Assembly (NCBI RefSeq): GCF_009914755.1
Contig: NC_060938.1
Direction: 5' to 3' (one strand)
Source: the human T2T-CHM13v2.0 reference genome, Homo sapiens
Length of the DNA: 64,000 bases
Below, one piece after another: positions 12,373-44,542 of this stretch; the first letter of the stretch is position 1, and each line of letters opens with the position of its first letter. The position numbers were made by a program, and so were the translations under genes. The notes beneath the pieces were generated by a model that saw only the letters and a list, made by a program, of their open reading frames with translations, had not been told where the DNA came from and searched no databases.

Positions 12373-13442
12373 TAATTACTTTTATTAGGCCAAATTCCTT
12401 GTGTGGAATTCCTGTGCTTTGCACACAAATTGTCAGGTTGGCCCCAGAAAGGTGGATCCCATTTTCCTCTTTCTGTGCCTATGTGGGTGACCAATCTTCC
12501 GAATCCTACAGGAGCTGTGGTTGATCTCTGTCCTCTATTGGCTGAGATAAAGTCCACCATGGATTTCTGCTTCTTTGATTCATTGTCAGTCCACACATAG
12601 GGACAAGTTACTGTGCCCTCATTAGAAAGCCATTTGCTAAGTGGGAACTCCGGGGAGGCCAGGCCTGAAGGAGAGTTTGCCGTCAGTCATTTCGATCAGG
12701 GATCAGGGCAGAGACCACTGTCATGGGTAGAGCTGTCCCGCCATTCCCCAGGAGGAAGGCAGGGCTGATGGCAGGGGTGGGGTGGGCAGTGGTGCTTAAA
12801 AAGAGGAGAGGCCCCAGGGGTGGGCAGTCTCTTTGCTATAGATTTCCTTGCTGTCAGCCCCAAGCACTTAGCAATTCTTGCTGTCGGATTCTCATTTGCT
12901 CTCATCTGTGCTACAGGAAATCAGTGTCTTGAGCCAGATGGGGTGGCCTGAGCCTCGGGCCCCTCACAGCATCCAAGGGCAAAGTCTCAGCAGAGCCATT
13001 GCCTAAAGATGTTAAGATTATTAAATGAAAGCACAACATGCCTGCAGAAACGTATACGAATCATCAACCTACAGCTGGAAACATTTTTACAAAGCAAGCC
13101 CACCCACGGAATCAACACCCGTGACACCGCTTCCCACCCCTTCCCAACTTCCCCCACCAAGGTAACGGCTGTGTTTCACGTCTTCTAACTCCATGAATCG
13201 GTTTTACCCATTCTTGAACTTTATTGCATCAACATAAAGGAAGAAACTGAGGCAAAATTAACATAAATAGAGAGTTTATTTGGGCCACGTTTGAGGACTG
13301 AAGCCCAGGAGACATAGACTCAAGTTACCCTGGCGATAAGCTCCAACAAGCAGCAGATGCAAATGGATTTTTAAAGGAAAATTGAAGGAGCAGTTTGGTC
13401 GTTTACCAGGAATGTACATTGGTTCTTTAAAATGGCATCAGT

Positions 13443-14270
<828 letters not shown>

Positions 14271-14336
14271 TTCAGTTATTGATTGGCTGAACGTTGTTGT
14301 TTGTATCACACATTTCAGAAACATGAAGATAATGGG

Positions 14337-15572
<1,236 letters not shown>

Positions 15573-15847
15573 TGGATAAGGATCACATTGTACAATTTGT
15601 GGTAACTTTTAGGAAGTCTAGACAGTCAGCTGGCCTGGAAACTACAGGGAAGGAAAGAAAAAGCCTTTGAACAGTGAACCCTAGGCACAGCTGCTGGCAT
15701 CATTGTTCTCTGGGCCTGATAAGTTTGCAGGTCTCACATTCCTCAGGCTGCTCTGAGCCACTTCTCTTTCTTATTTCCTCCTTTGGATCAAGATCTTGCT
15801 CTCTGAAAGTATTGATGATCAATATTTTATTTTATTTTATTTATTTT

Positions 15848-16350
15848 TTGGAAACAAATGCTCGGTGCCTCAAAGAAGAACCAGCACTGAGACTAAGGAT
15901 CTCTCAGCAAGGCAAATTTACTTCGGCAGAAGGGTATGTGCATCTCACATGTGAAGTAATGGCAAAAGCACACAGAACAAAGGAAAGCAGGGGTTTTTAT
16001 TATGTCTAACACAGCTTCTGCTTCTGTGTCTTTCCCCTATTGGCTAGGGTTGGACCACACAGTCTAAACTAGTCCCAGTTGGCTAAACATTTAAACTTTC
16101 TTAGATAAGGTAGGCACGTAAGGGAGGTGAGAAGGGAGAGAAGGGGGGTCATTTACGGAGGGACTAGGAGGGTAACCTATTCCCTAATAAGGAAAGAAAT
16201 GTGGACTGGGGTTGTAGCAAGTTCAGGCATGCCTAGGCATATTCAGACAAGCTGCGGTGCAGCACAGGCAAGCGGGTATTTGGAATTGTAGGATAGAGAA
16301 TGAGGAAACTGGATAAGCTGTTTGAAGAGGAAACCTAACTGCATCTAACA
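15848..16350 (-). mobile_element. LTR10-like solo LTR
   Basis: Reverse complement begins TGTTAGATGCAGTTAGGTTTCCTCTTCAAAC; contains gaagaaccagcactgagac..aaggcaaatttacttc. Confidence 0.65.
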
Positions 16351-17378
<1,028 letters not shown>

Positions 17379-17505
17379 TAACTTTTTGAGTGATTTCTAA
17401 TTAATTTCCCACTTCTCGTCCTGGTCTGAAGAATAAGGTAACTGGCTGCAGATCAGCTTCAGCTGGGGATCTCCAGGTGGAAGGTACCCATGCATGCAGG
17501 ACTGC

Positions 17506-17885
17506 CTTTTTATTTATTTTATTTTTTTTAATTTTACGTTAAGTTCTGGGATACACATGCAGAACGTGCAGGTTTGTCGCATAGTATACATGTGCCATGG
17601 TGGTTTGCTGCACCTATCAACCCAGCATCTAGGTTTTAAGCCCCACATGTATTAGGTATTTGTCCTAGTGCTCTCCCTCCCCTTGCCCTTTACCCCCTAA
17701 CAGGGCCACGGTGTGTGTTTTTCCCCTCCCTGTGTCCTTGTGTTCTTATTGTTCAGCTCCCACTTATGAGTGAGAACATGCGGTGTTTGGTTTTCTGTTC
17801 CTGTGTTAGTTTGCTGAGAATGATGCCTTCCAGCTTCATCCATGTCCCTGCAAAGGACATGACCTCATTCTTTTTTATGGCTGCG
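17506..17885 (-). mobile_element. 5'-truncated L1PA 3' end
   Basis: Reverse-complement L1PA 3'UTR; ORF2 C-terminus AIKKNEVMSFAGTWMKLEGIILSKLTQEQKTKHRMFSLISGS. Confidence 0.92.
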
Positions 17886-18369
17886 AGGACTGCCTTTTTA
17901 AAATGAGAAATGTGAATGCATGAGTCAGTGCCTTTGAGTTTAGCTGCACAAGGAATTGGTAAACAATCCCCAACATGGGCCCTTCTGGTGAGCTGGAGGG
18001 AGTCCCTTATTTGATAGAAAGAGTCCTTGATTTGATGTCTTTTCCAAGAATCAAAACCTCCTAGTTGCAGGCCATGACCTCTGATGTCTTCGTCTCCTGG
18101 GTGCTGACTCTTCAAAGAATCTTTAATTTAGAGTTTTTAGTGAGAAGCTGTATAAGGCCTTGCAATCATGAAGAATGTCACCTTTAGGGTGAGCTGGTTC
18201 ACTGGGCTCCTTCCTCCAGGCACATGGGGCTTCCTGCAGTTATTTCAAAGGGAGAAAGCTGAGGTTTTCCAAACAGGTAGAAGGTAATTTAAGCAATACC
18301 AATGGAAGAGCCTTAGGCAAGACAAGGTTCAAAGTTTCTGTAAACTTTGCCATTTGTTCTTGTATCCAT

Positions 18370-19014
18370 TGTGGCAGGAAAATAAGGTCTGGAGGCAGGG
18401 AACATAAGGCCAATTCACACTTCAGCTATAACAGGAAATATCCTCTCCATATGGCATCACTTTACTTCATCCTCTTCATTTACACAGGGTGTACCCCAAG
18501 TAGAGGGTATTTAAACTCACATAAACTCACAAAAACTCTGTAACAGGGCCTTTGAGCCCCTATGCTCAGGCCCACTACCACACTGTGGAGTGTACTTTCA
18601 TTTTCAATAAAACCCTTCATTCGGCTGGGTGCAGTGGCTCACGCCTGTAATCCTAGCACTTTGGGAGACGAGGCAGGTGGATCACCTAAGGTCAGGAGTT
18701 CGAGACCAGCCTGGTCACCATGGGGAAACCCCATCTCTACTAAAAATACAAAAATTAGCTGGGCGTGGTGGCGGATGCCTGTAGTCCCAGCTACTCGGGA
18801 GGCTGCGCACGACAATCGCTTGAACCCGGGCGGCAGAGGTTGGCAGTGAGCCGAGTTTGCACCACTGCACTCCAGCCTGGGTGACAGAGCAAGACTCCGT
18901 CCCAAGAAAAACAAAGTAAGACAAAGCCCTTCATTCTTTCCTTGCTTTGTTTGTGCGTTTTGTCCACTTCTTTGTTCAAGACACCGAGGACCTGGACACC
19001 CTCCACTGTTAACA
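18370..19014 (+). mobile_element. MER51-like solo LTR with inserted Alu (18623-18918)
   Basis: TGTGGCAGGAAAATAAGGTCTGGAGGCAGGGAAC...GTTAACA; 4-bp TSD ccat/ccgt. Confidence 0.8.
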
Positions 19015-21749
<2,735 letters not shown>

Positions 21750-21750
<1 letters not shown>

Positions 21751-22486
21751 ACGCCCCCTTCGGCTCCCCAGAGCAGCTGTTTCTCTTGGGTGGTTTTTCT
21801 CTCCTGTTGCCATTTAAGTTGTTTGCAATCTTTTTAAAGGTGACTTTGTTTCTTGCAAGAGCAGCAGACCCCTCTTTGGTCATGTGGGCTTATCTGCATC
21901 TTCTTAAAAGGTTGGGTCTGGCAAGTCAGCTGCTGGAGCTGCCTTCGTTGAAAGAAGCGGGTTGACCAGAAGATCTGCAAGAGTGCTGTGGGATTTGCTG
22001 AGCCTCTTCCTCTGGCGGAGGAGGGATAGGAGAGATGGTAACCAGAGCATGGAAGGCCTGACAAAAGTGGATGTAGAGGTGTGGGAGGAGGCAACAGGAG
22101 AGCAGTGGAAGGAGAAAGAGAAGACATTTTCAAGGTTTTCTTTAGTTGTGAAATTGTTTCTGACAATTTTTTGCTTATCTCCTGGACGGAAGCCATTTTT
22201 TCCATACCTCTCTTAGAAGCTTCTACCTACCGTTAAAATAGGACTGCTGTTCAATTTGTCTGGTTCTAAAACCTGCTAATTGTATGCACAAACATATTAA
22301 CTTAGAAATTTCCAAAGACCCCGATTTTGGCCATTGCAATTTGGGGTCATCCTGAGTCATGTGGGTGCATCTGCCTGGGTGTCCACAGCATGGTGCTCTA
22401 CAGGGGTGACCCACAAACCCGGCTGGTGCTTCCAAGGGGGGTTGCCCCTTAAAGGAAAGCTCAGTTTTTGACAACCATTTTCCCAT
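21750..22486 (-). pseudogene. ERV1 gag remnant (matrix region)
   Basis: ORF 22223-22486 MGKWLSK...PPLEAPAGF...DPKLQWPKSGSLEISKL resembles gammaretroviral-like MA. Confidence 0.75.
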
Positions 22487-22979
22487 ACTTTTAGAAATTC
22501 CTTCTCAAAAGTGATCAAGGCTGGAACAGAGCTTCTGGTTGAAGTGTGCTGCTTGCAAGCGTCACTCCCTAAGGTCCCAGTGACACCGTGATTGACTGTC
22601 TTATGTGTCTCAGAATCCCTGGTCCCCTTGCAGTGGTAGAGTGCTAAAGGCGCCAGGTGACCAGCCCTTATGTGCACCTTCCAGCTGGGGTCTGTCCTGC
22701 AGGGAGGCCCTCTCAGACTGCTACACATCATGGACAAACATCCCAACACCCCCATAAAATCTCTAGTCCCCTGCAGCACCCAGCTGGGTTTGGAGGGAGC
22801 AAGTGTCTCTTAACTTCCAGGTGAGAGAACTCACCCTCATGCACCCTTTGGTTTGAAACTAGCAGGAATTGGTCACAATTGAAAAGACGAGTCCAAATTA
22901 CCAGCAACAGGAAACAGCTACAATTTTAAAATCATGCTATGTAACTTTAGGTCAAAAAAAGTGAAATCACCAGTGCTAG

Positions 22980-24047
<1,068 letters not shown>

Positions 24048-24219
24048 CTAGACTCCAACACTGTAACCCAAAACGCTGCCATGAGGCTGAGGAGAAGACA
24101 GACATTCTCTGCAGAGCTTTTGCCTAAATCTCCTGTCCAGAGACAGAGACAGAAGCCCTCACTCTTGCAGGAAAGAAAGGATTTGGAAAACAGCCCAAAT
24201 AAAGTTTCAACTTCTTCAC

Positions 24220-24792
24220 AACAGCCAAAATTTGGAAGCAACCTACATGTCCATCAACAGAGGTACTTACACAATGGAGTACTATTCAGCCATAAAAAAG
24301 AATGAGATCCTGTCATTTTCAAAAACATGGATGGACTAGAAGTCATTATGATAAATGAAATAACCCAGTCTCAGAAAGACAAACATCGCGTGTTCTCATT
24401 TATTTGTGGGATCTAAAAGTCAAAACAATTGAACTCGTGGAGACAGAGAGTAGAAGGATGATTACCAGAGGCTAAGAAGGGTAGTGGGAGGGTGAAGGGG
24501 AGGTGGGTTCATGGATACAAAACAAATAGTTAGAAAGAATGAATAAGACCTAGTATTTGATAGCACAAAAGGGGGACTATAGTCAATAATAATTTAATTT
24601 TACATTTTAAAATAACAAAAAGAGTATAATTGAATTGTTTGTAACATAAAGTATAAATGCTTGTGGGACTGGATACCCCATTTTCCATGATAAGATTATT
24701 ACATGTTGCATGTCTGTGTCAAAACATCTTATGTTCCGCATAAATATATACACCTATATGTCCACAAAAAATAAAAATTAAAAATTAGAAAA
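24220..24792 (+). mobile_element. L1MA 3' fragment
   Basis: ORF2 C-terminal and 3'UTR motifs (acagccaaaatttggaagcaacc; gaataagacctagtatttgatagcac) ending in an A-rich tail. Confidence 0.85.
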
Positions 24793-24840
24793 AGATCTAG
24801 ACCTCAACCAAAAGGAAGGGAGGTCTGAATTCAGGACTCA

Positions 24841-25527
<687 letters not shown>

Positions 25528-26305
25528 TCAAGTGATCCTCCCACCTCTGCCTCTAGTCCTAGTCTTTGAGTAGCTAGGACTGTAGGTGCATGCCACTATG
25601 CCTGGCTTTTTTTTTTTTTTAATAGAGATAGGGTCTCACTCTGTTACACAGGCTAGAGGGCAGTGGTATGATCACAGCTCACTGCAGCCTGGAACTCCTG
25701 GGCTCAAGCCCTCCTCCCAATCCTTGGCCTCACAAAGCACCGGGATTACGTGTGCGAGCCGCCAAACTCAGCCACAAGTCAGTATTTAAAGGAAAAATGG
25801 GGCAGTTCCTAAGTTGTTTACCAAAAATTTTTATTGTTTCATTAAAATAACCTATTGATTTATTAGACATCGTTCTTTGTATCACAAATTCCAGGAGCAT
25901 GAAGATAATGGGTGAGGCTCACATTGTGCAACTTGTGGTAATATTTTAGGTAATTTATTAGCTAGCCTGGAAACTACAGGGAAGGAAAGAAAAAAACAAA
26001 GCCCTTAAACAGTTACCCCTGGGCATGGCTGCGGGGGTGTGACTGAGGTCCCATGCTCCTGTCCCTCTGGACCTGATACATTTTGCAGACGTCCCCCCCC
26101 CATTCCTCAGGCTGTTCTGAGCCACTTTTCTTTATCAGTTGACAAGGATGCACACCCATGTACTCTTTGTGTCTGGCTTATTCACTCACAATTAAACTTA
26201 TTCACTCACTTGCTGGAAGTTGCCAGGTCATAGGGTTTGGGTAGGTTCAGCTTTAGAACACACTGCCAAACAGTTTCTCCAGGTGTTTGTACAAAGTGCA
26301 CTCCC

Positions 26306-26609
26306 GGCCGGGTGCGGTGGCTCACGCCTGTAATCCCAGCACTTTGGGAGGCAGAGGCGGGTGGATCACGAGGTCAGGAGATCAAGACCATCCTGGCTAA
26401 CATGGTGAAACCCTGTGTCTACTAAAAATACAAAAAAATTAGCCGGGCGTGGTGGCGGGCACCTGTAGTCCCAGCTACTCGGGAGGCTGAGGCAGGAGAA
26501 TCACCAGAACCCAGGAGGCGGACGGTGCAGTGAGCCAAGATCGTGCGCCACTGCACTCCCGCCTGGCGACAGAACGAGACTCTGTCTCAAAAAAAACAAA
26601 AAGAAAAAA
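26306..26609 (+). mobile_element. Alu (AluSc/Y-like) with TSD
   Basis: TSD aaagtgcactccc on both sides. Confidence 0.92.
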
Positions 26610-27056
26610 GTGCACTCCCACCAGCAAAGTGAGATGCCTCTGGGTGCTGGGTATCCTGGTGAACACTTGGTATTCTCAGTTGCTCAGCTGGTGGTGGGTG
26701 CGTGACTGTATCACTGCTTTGTAGATTTGAGGCTGCTGGGGATAGCATTCGACATCCAAGACCTGCCCAAGGACAGGAATCTAATAAGTCTCAGAAAGTT
26801 TCAAACTCTTTATTTTCACTCAGTTTTCAAAGACATATGTTAATTAACTGTCAATTACACTGCAGACTGACTGAGCTGGGCTCCCTCTGTTTCTATATGC
26901 AATTAAGTTACTCAGGAAACACTTTCTTTTTTAAAAGCATTGATAAATAGGTTATAAGTATATTTAAAACTACATGGAAATTAAAATGTTATTGCTGTAT
27001 GCAATGCTATAAATGAGATAAAACATGCAAATCTGATGGAATTCTGTGCCAAATAG

Positions 27057-27686
<630 letters not shown>

Positions 27687-27934
27687 AATATCTTTCAAAT
27701 AGCAAAAGTAACTCTCAGAACACAGTCTATGCAAATCACAGCACAAAGTGCTCCAGCAGGAGGGACCTGTTCTGTCCACCTATGTCAGCATGATCTGCAG
27801 TGATCAGGCAGCCTTGCCATGGGGCAGCAGAAGTGAGAAACCCTGCCATGGGGCAGCAGAGGTGAGACACCATTCCAGGAAATAGATCGAAACTCCAGTG
27901 TGTACTAATGGATACTACCCACTGGCTGAAGGCT

Positions 27935-29592
27935 TGAAACTACATTTGCAAAATTCTGACAGAAAGGGAAATCTGACATAGCTAACTCCATCTTGCTGTT
28001 CTGTGCAGGAAAAGTGCGAGGGGAGAAGAAAAGACACACACACAATACCTTTAAGTGTAAACAACCTTCATCTTACGTGGCAATGCAGATATAATAAGCA
28101 AATTATATAATAAGCAAATAATATAATAAGCAAATTCATATAATAAGCAAATGATATAATAAGCAAATTGCAGTGGGAAAGGGAGAAGGCAAAATATATA
28201 TCCATATGTGTGTGTATATATATATATTTTTTTTTTTTTTTCAGAGATGGAGTCTTACTCTGTCACCTAGGCTGTAGTGCAGTGGTGTGATCTCAGCTCA
28301 CTGCAATCTCAATCTCCCGAGTTCAAGCTATTCTCCTGCCTCAGCCTCCTGAATAACTGGGACTACAGGCGTGCGCCACCACACCCAGCTAATTTTTGTA
28401 TTTTTAGTAGAGACAGGGTTTCCCCATGTTAGCCAGGCTGGTCTTGAACTCCTGACCTCAGGCAATCTGCCTCCCAAAGTGCTGGGGTTACAGGCGTGAG
28501 CCACTGCGCCCAGCCAAGATAGATATATATATTTACACTCACCAGGCTATGGAGGATTCACTGCCAGACCGGGAAGCAACAGCCTGGGCTCCAGAGTTGG
28601 CCACCCGTCTGTGCACAGACAAGGAGAGGTCTCATGAAGCTTCGATGTGGTCTGGGGTCCTAGCTCTTTTTGTAACGAGCTGTTTGGCGTGAGGCCCAGT
28701 CACTAGGGGCCTTTGTGACTGGGCTCAAGGAACACAAAAGGGCCAACTTGCTTTTGCAATTTTCTATTGTTTTTCAATAACTAATGTATAGGAATAGATT
28801 GAATTAGAGATTTCTCCAAAACAGCGCTGGATAAACGCCTCAAGGGGCTCACACAACCCGTTTGGGGACTTGGTGGCCATTGTTTGTGTCCATGTTCAAT
28901 TGAGTTCAAATTTAATGTTTAACTTTTCCTCCACACTTGCCTCTAACCTCCAAGTTGTCCTTGTTCATTTCTGGGCAAAAGCCAAGCTAACTTTGGGAGG
29001 AATTTAGTTTATAGTTTAACACTGAAGCAAGGATGATAATAGCCCTTCCAAAACTATCTCCTCTTCATTCAGGAACCAAAACTGTCTTTGTAAAACTAAC
29101 GAAAGACCCCAAGATTAGAATTATGGCTCAGGAGTCAGGTAGCCAGAGATCACAAGACTTGTAACCTCCCCAGTTGCTCCTATAGATAACATAATTGAAA
29201 AATCTAAGATTCGTGTCTGATGTATTTTTCAGACCCAGTATTCTGATGGATCAGTTAGAGCCACCTGGATCAGTAGCCCATACCAAGAAGCTGGCTCATC
29301 TGGTCTTGTGATCCTACCCAAGAACTGACTCACTGCAAGAAGACAGCTTCAGTCGCATGATTTTTATCTCTGATCCAACCAATTGTTATCCCCATTCCCT
29401 AGCCCCATGCCCACCAAACTATCCTTGAAAAACCCTAGGCTCCCAGCTTTCAGAGAGGCTGATTTGCATAACAAGCTCTGGTATACCACATGGCTAGCCT
29501 TGCACTGATTAAACTCTTTCTCTACTGCACTACTACTGTCTTCATAAATTGGCTGTTCTGTGCAGCTGGCAAAATTCCATTGGGCAATTACA
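27935..29592 (+). mobile_element. LTR8-like solo LTR interrupted by LTR18
   Basis: TGAAAC...GGGCAATTACA, TSD GGCT; homologous to 22980-24047. Confidence 0.8.
27997..28935 (-). mobile_element. LTR18-like (HERV-S/HERVL18) solo LTR with inserted Alu (28228-28515)
   Basis: Reverse complement starts TGTGGAGGAAAAGTTAAAC; perfect 5-bp TSD CTTGC; internal ~17-bp repeat atataataagcaaat x5 (28090-28168). Confidence 0.8.
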
Positions 29593-29631
29593 GGCTCAGC
29601 TCATTCTCCATTATAATTTTGTTTAAAAATG

Positions 29632-31166
29632 GGCCAGGCGAGTGACTCATGTCTGTAATCCCAGCACTGTGGGAGGCCAGGATGGGAGGATCACCTGAGC
29701 CCAGGAGTTCAAGACCAGCCTGGGCAAATAGTGGAATCTCATCTCCACAAAAAATTTTGTTAGAAGTTAGCCAAGTGTGGTGGCATACAACAGGTGTCCC
29801 AGTTACTCAGGAGGGTAAGGTGGGAGGATCACGTGAGCCCAGAAGGTCAAGGCTGCAGTGAGCCATGACTGCATAAATGCACTCCAGCCTGAGTAACAGA
29901 GTGAGATCCTGCCTCAAAAAAAAATTATAAAAAAAGGTATAAAAATGACAGCCGACTCTATGAATATACTAAAACCAGTGAATTGTACACTTTATACAAA
30001 TGAAATAGCACCAAGTACGGGTGTTGCTTAAAAGGACACCTTTGGATCCTTCATAGGATGTCACCATTAGAGGATCTGGGGAGAATATAGGACTCTATTA
30101 TTTGCAACTTCCTGTGAGTCTATAATTATTCAAAATAAAAGTTTAAAAATGGGTTAGATAATAACAAATCTCAGTATTTACTAACTCCAATAGAATAATT
30201 GGAGAAATCAGTCAAAATATTTAAAAGTGACCCTGGCCCCATTTTCCAGCATATGCCCAAGGTCCTGGGTGCTGAGAGAGCCGTGGGGCCTCCTTCCCTG
30301 GGGTGGAGCCTTCTCTGTCCCTGGGCTCCTGGCACAGACTCCCTCCAGGACCCAGATGGGGTGGGCGGGGTCCTCACACTGTGCCCTCTCCCCACCCTGC
30401 CCGCCCCAGCTCAGGGCCGGAATCCAGGGTTCCCAGGCTGGGTCCCGCCCACGGTCATATCTCCCTGTGGCTCCTGGTCTCTACTGCATCCCCAGCCTCG
30501 GCACTGGGTTGACCCTGGAAGGCCTCCTGGGTGCAGGAAGGGGTGGGACCCTTGCCTTTACTCGCATGTGGCGGCATCCCCCTGGCAGCGGGAAGGGCCC
30601 TCCCCTGGACACATCTGTGCAGGTTCCAATAACCAGTCACACGGGAGCGTTTGGGCGCAGCATTAAAAAAATGCTCCGAGTTAATTTCCTGGGCCCAGCT
30701 CCTTTCCACTCTGGATTTCAGCCTCTTAGGAGAATAAGCCAGCGAAGTGGGGTTGGGCCGCAGACACAGGAGTGGGAGAAAAGTGGAGGGGAGGGTCCAT
30801 GTAGTCAGACCAATACTCCCACTGAAACCAGATCATATGGTGGACTCAGTGTTTTAATGCTGTGTTTTTGGCCAGGCATGGTGTCTCCCATCTGTAATCC
30901 TGACACTTTGGGAGGCTGAGGCAGGTGGGTCGCTTGAGCCCAGGAGCTCGAGATCAGCCTGGGCAACATAGCCAGACCCTGTCTCTAAAAAAAAAAAGTT
31001 TTTAATTAGCCGGGTGTGGTAGTGCACACCTGTAGCCTCAGCTACTGGAGAGGCTGAGGCAGGAAGATGGCTTGAGCTCAGCAGGTCAAGGCTACAGTGA
31101 GCCATGGTCACACCACTGTACTCCAGCCTGGGCAGCAAAGAGAGATTTTGTCTCAAAAAAAAAAAA
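29632..31166 (+). mobile_element. Two AluJ-like elements (29632-29935, 30870-31166)
   Basis: Alu bodies with A tails. Confidence 0.85.
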
Positions 31167-32146
31167 GTGTCTTTTTAAAAAACTGGAATGCTGGCAAGAT
31201 AATCACCAGACCCAATGGAAGGGAAGCAGGACTCTGTGGGGTCAGCCAAGCAGGAGGACCCAGGAGAGTTTAGGGGGTGAATGAGAACATTGATTCCCAT
31301 GGGCTCTGGGGGAGGGAAAACAACACAACCCTTGGGTGCTGGAGTGGGGTGTCTACGGGAAATCCCCTCCACGCTGTACTGGGCGCACAAAGGGAGTTCG
31401 CCCAGAAGCACGTGCACAGCCTCTGGGGCGGGCGCCTGCATTGCACCCCTCAAAATATTGCTACCATGATGTGCAAGGACAAGGTGGGGCACAAAGGTAG
31501 CCAAGCACCAAAGACAGAAGCCAGGACAAAGAGGGGCTCCAGACCACAGAAACATGCCCACCGGGCGGCAGAGCAGGGGACAGACTCTGTGCCCCCGTAC
31601 TTCTATTCCATGTCCTGGGTCTCACCTCACACCTTTCTTGCAGTTCATGTGTCTCTCACTGTGTCCACAATGATATTCTACACGTCCAGAAGGGTTTGTA
31701 GTAATTATAGGGTTTTTTGTTTCTATAACTCATATTTATTTATTTTTATTGGTACACAATATTTGTACATATTTATGGGGTACGTGGGATATTGTAATAC
31801 ATGCATACAATCTGTAATGATCAGATCAGGGTATTAGGATATTCATCATCTCAAATGTTTGTCACTTTTTTTTTTTGAGATGGAGTCTTGCTCTGTCACC
31901 CAGGCTGGAGTGCGGTGGCACTATCTCAGCTACTGCAACCTCTGCCTCCCAGATTCAAGTGATTCCCCTGCCTCAGTTTCCCAAGTAGCTGGAACTACAG
32001 GTGCGCGCCACCATGCCCAGCTAATTTTTGTGTTTTTAGTGGAGACAGGGGTCTCGCCGCATTGGCCGGACCGGTCTCAAACACTTGACCTCAAGTGATC
32101 CACCCGCCTTGGCCTCCCAAAGTGCTGGGATTATAGGTGTGAGCCA

Positions 32147-33291
32147 TGTGGAGGAAAAGTTAAATATTAAATTTGAACTCCATTGAACTTGAACACAAGG
32201 AATGGTTATGTGCCAGGAAATAGCCTCTGGGCATCTGCCTGGGAGCTAATAACCTATACTGATTGTTCTGGTAAGGTACATTTTCTACCTTAAGGCAAAC
32301 AAACAACAGAATCTACAGAATAGGCTAACCTTCCTGTATTCCCTGAGTCCAGTCATGAAGGGCCCTCGTGCCTGGGGCTCAGGCCAAAAAAGGAATACTA
32401 CAAAAGGGTGAGGGTCCCAGACCCCGCCGAAGCTCCGCAAGAACTCTCCTCGTCTGTGCGCGGACGGGCGGCCGACTCTGGAGCCCAGGCTGCTGCTTCC
32501 CTGTCTGGTGATGCTTCCTCCATAGTCCAGTGGGTGTAAATATATACAGATATATCTTTTCTTGTCCCTTTCCCACTGTGATTTGCTTATTATATTTGTG
32601 TTGCCATATACTTGGGATGAAGGCTGTTTGCCCTTAAAAGTATCGTGTGTGCCTTTTCTTCACCCCCCGGGCATTTCCCACACAGAACCTTTTGGTATCA
32701 GGAACAGGATTCGAAAACGAAAGTATGCCACTTTCCAGTCGCAGGGACTGGGCTGGAGGCTCGGGGACTTCCCACATCCCGGGATGGGAACTTCCCCAGT
32801 TCTCCCCCTCGGCGACTGAATAGTCCAGGGGAACTGGCTTTTGTGAAAATTGGGAATCTAAGTTAGTGCATTTTGAACTGTTGGCTGTGTGTGAGGTGCT
32901 GCAGGAAATTCTAGTTTGATAAGGGGATGCCGAGGGAATTTCCTGGCATGGATGCTGCTTGCTTACTGCTTATAAGTTAATGTGTCAAGATAGGGACCGG
33001 TTGCTACAAAAGAAATGTAAGCTGGAAAAGGAAAATGCTAATTTGACTTCCAGACTGGCCCTGGCCCAATGCCAGGCCTATGTCTTGACTGATCAAGCTC
33101 AAAGCTAGTAATGCTTCCTCCATAGTCTGGTGGGTGTAAATATATATAGACATAGCTCTTCTTCTCCCTTTCCCACTGCGATTTGCTTATTATGTCTGTA
33201 TTGCCATATACTTGGAATAAAGGTGTTTACCCTTAATAGTATTGTGTATTGTGCCCTTTCTTCTCCCCTCTCGCGTCTCCCACACAGAACA
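32147..33291 (+). mobile_element. Collapsed HERV-S/HERVL18 provirus (5' LTR, PBS, leader/gag start, partial 3' LTR) inserted at the head of an Alu (31866-33300)
   Basis: LTR 32147-32689; PBS tggtatcaggaacaggat (32693-32710) resembles tRNA-Ser(CGA); 33111-33291 repeats the LTR 3' part. Confidence 0.78.
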
Positions 33292-33329
33292 ATGTCCAGC
33301 AGTATTTTTTAGTAACTACAGTTTTTTTT

Positions 33330-39350
<6,021 letters not shown>

Positions 39351-39351
39351 T

Positions 39352-40110
39352 TGTAGTCTGTTCTCACATTGCCATAAAGAACTGCCTGAGACTGGGTAAT
39401 TTATAAAGAGGCTTAATCGGCTCACGTTCCCACAGGCTGTCCAGGAAGCACGGCTGGCTAGGCCTCGGGAGACCTTCCATCATGGTGGAAGGTGAAGGGG
39501 AAGCCGGCACATCCTTTGAGGCTGGAGCGGGAGGAAGAGGGTGAAGGGGGAGGTGCCACACACTTTTAAACAACCAGATCTTGTGAGAACTCAGTCACTA
39601 TCACGAGAACAGCAAGGGGGAAATCCGCCCCCTTGATCCAATCACCTCTGTCCAGACCCCTCCTACAATTTAACATGAGATGTGGCTGGGGACACAAATC
39701 CAAACCATTCCATTCTGCCCCAGCCCCTCCCAAATCTCATATCCTTCTCACACTGCAAAATACAATCATCCCTTCTCAACAGTCCCTCACGTCTTAACTC
39801 ATTTCGGCATTAACTCAAAAGTCCACAGTCCAAAGTCTCATCTGAGACAAGGCCAGTCCCTTCCACCTATGAGCCTGTAAAATCAAAAACAAATTAGTTA
39901 CTTCCAAGATACAATGGGGGTACAAACATTGACTAAATACTACCAATCCAAAAAGGCAAACTGGCCAAAACAAAGGGGCTACAGGCCCCATGCAAGTTTG
40001 AAACCCAGCAGGGCAGTCATTAAATCTTAAAGCTCCAAAATAATCTCCTTCAACCCTGTGTCTCGTATCCAGGCCACATTGGCTCAAGGGGTGGGCTCTG
40101 CCCTGTGGCT
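39352..40110 (-). mobile_element. MaLR MST-type LTR (~39352-39712) plus internal fragment
   Basis: gcctgagactgggtaatttataaag...ggggacacaaatccaaacca, followed by cccctcccaaatctcat..ccaaagtctcatctgagacaagg. Confidence 0.85.
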
Positions 40111-40379
40111 CTGCAGGATGCAGCCCCCACAGCTGTGGTGGCAATGGGGAGCCAGGTGTGCTGATTTGCAGGCCCCTGGGTGGCATATGCAGGTGCTAAT
40201 GGTGGTGAGTCCAGATAGGCCAGTCCTTGGGCCTCCAGCTTGCTCAGGCGCCACCAGTAGGCAGGGCAGGTGGGCTCCTGGGCAGTGTGTGTGGCAACAA
40301 TGGTGGCAGAAGTGATGGTGGGCCAACCCTGGAGCCATCAGGCAGCATGTAGCAGTTGGGTGCTTTTCCATCCATCCCA

Positions 40380-44542
<4,163 letters not shown>

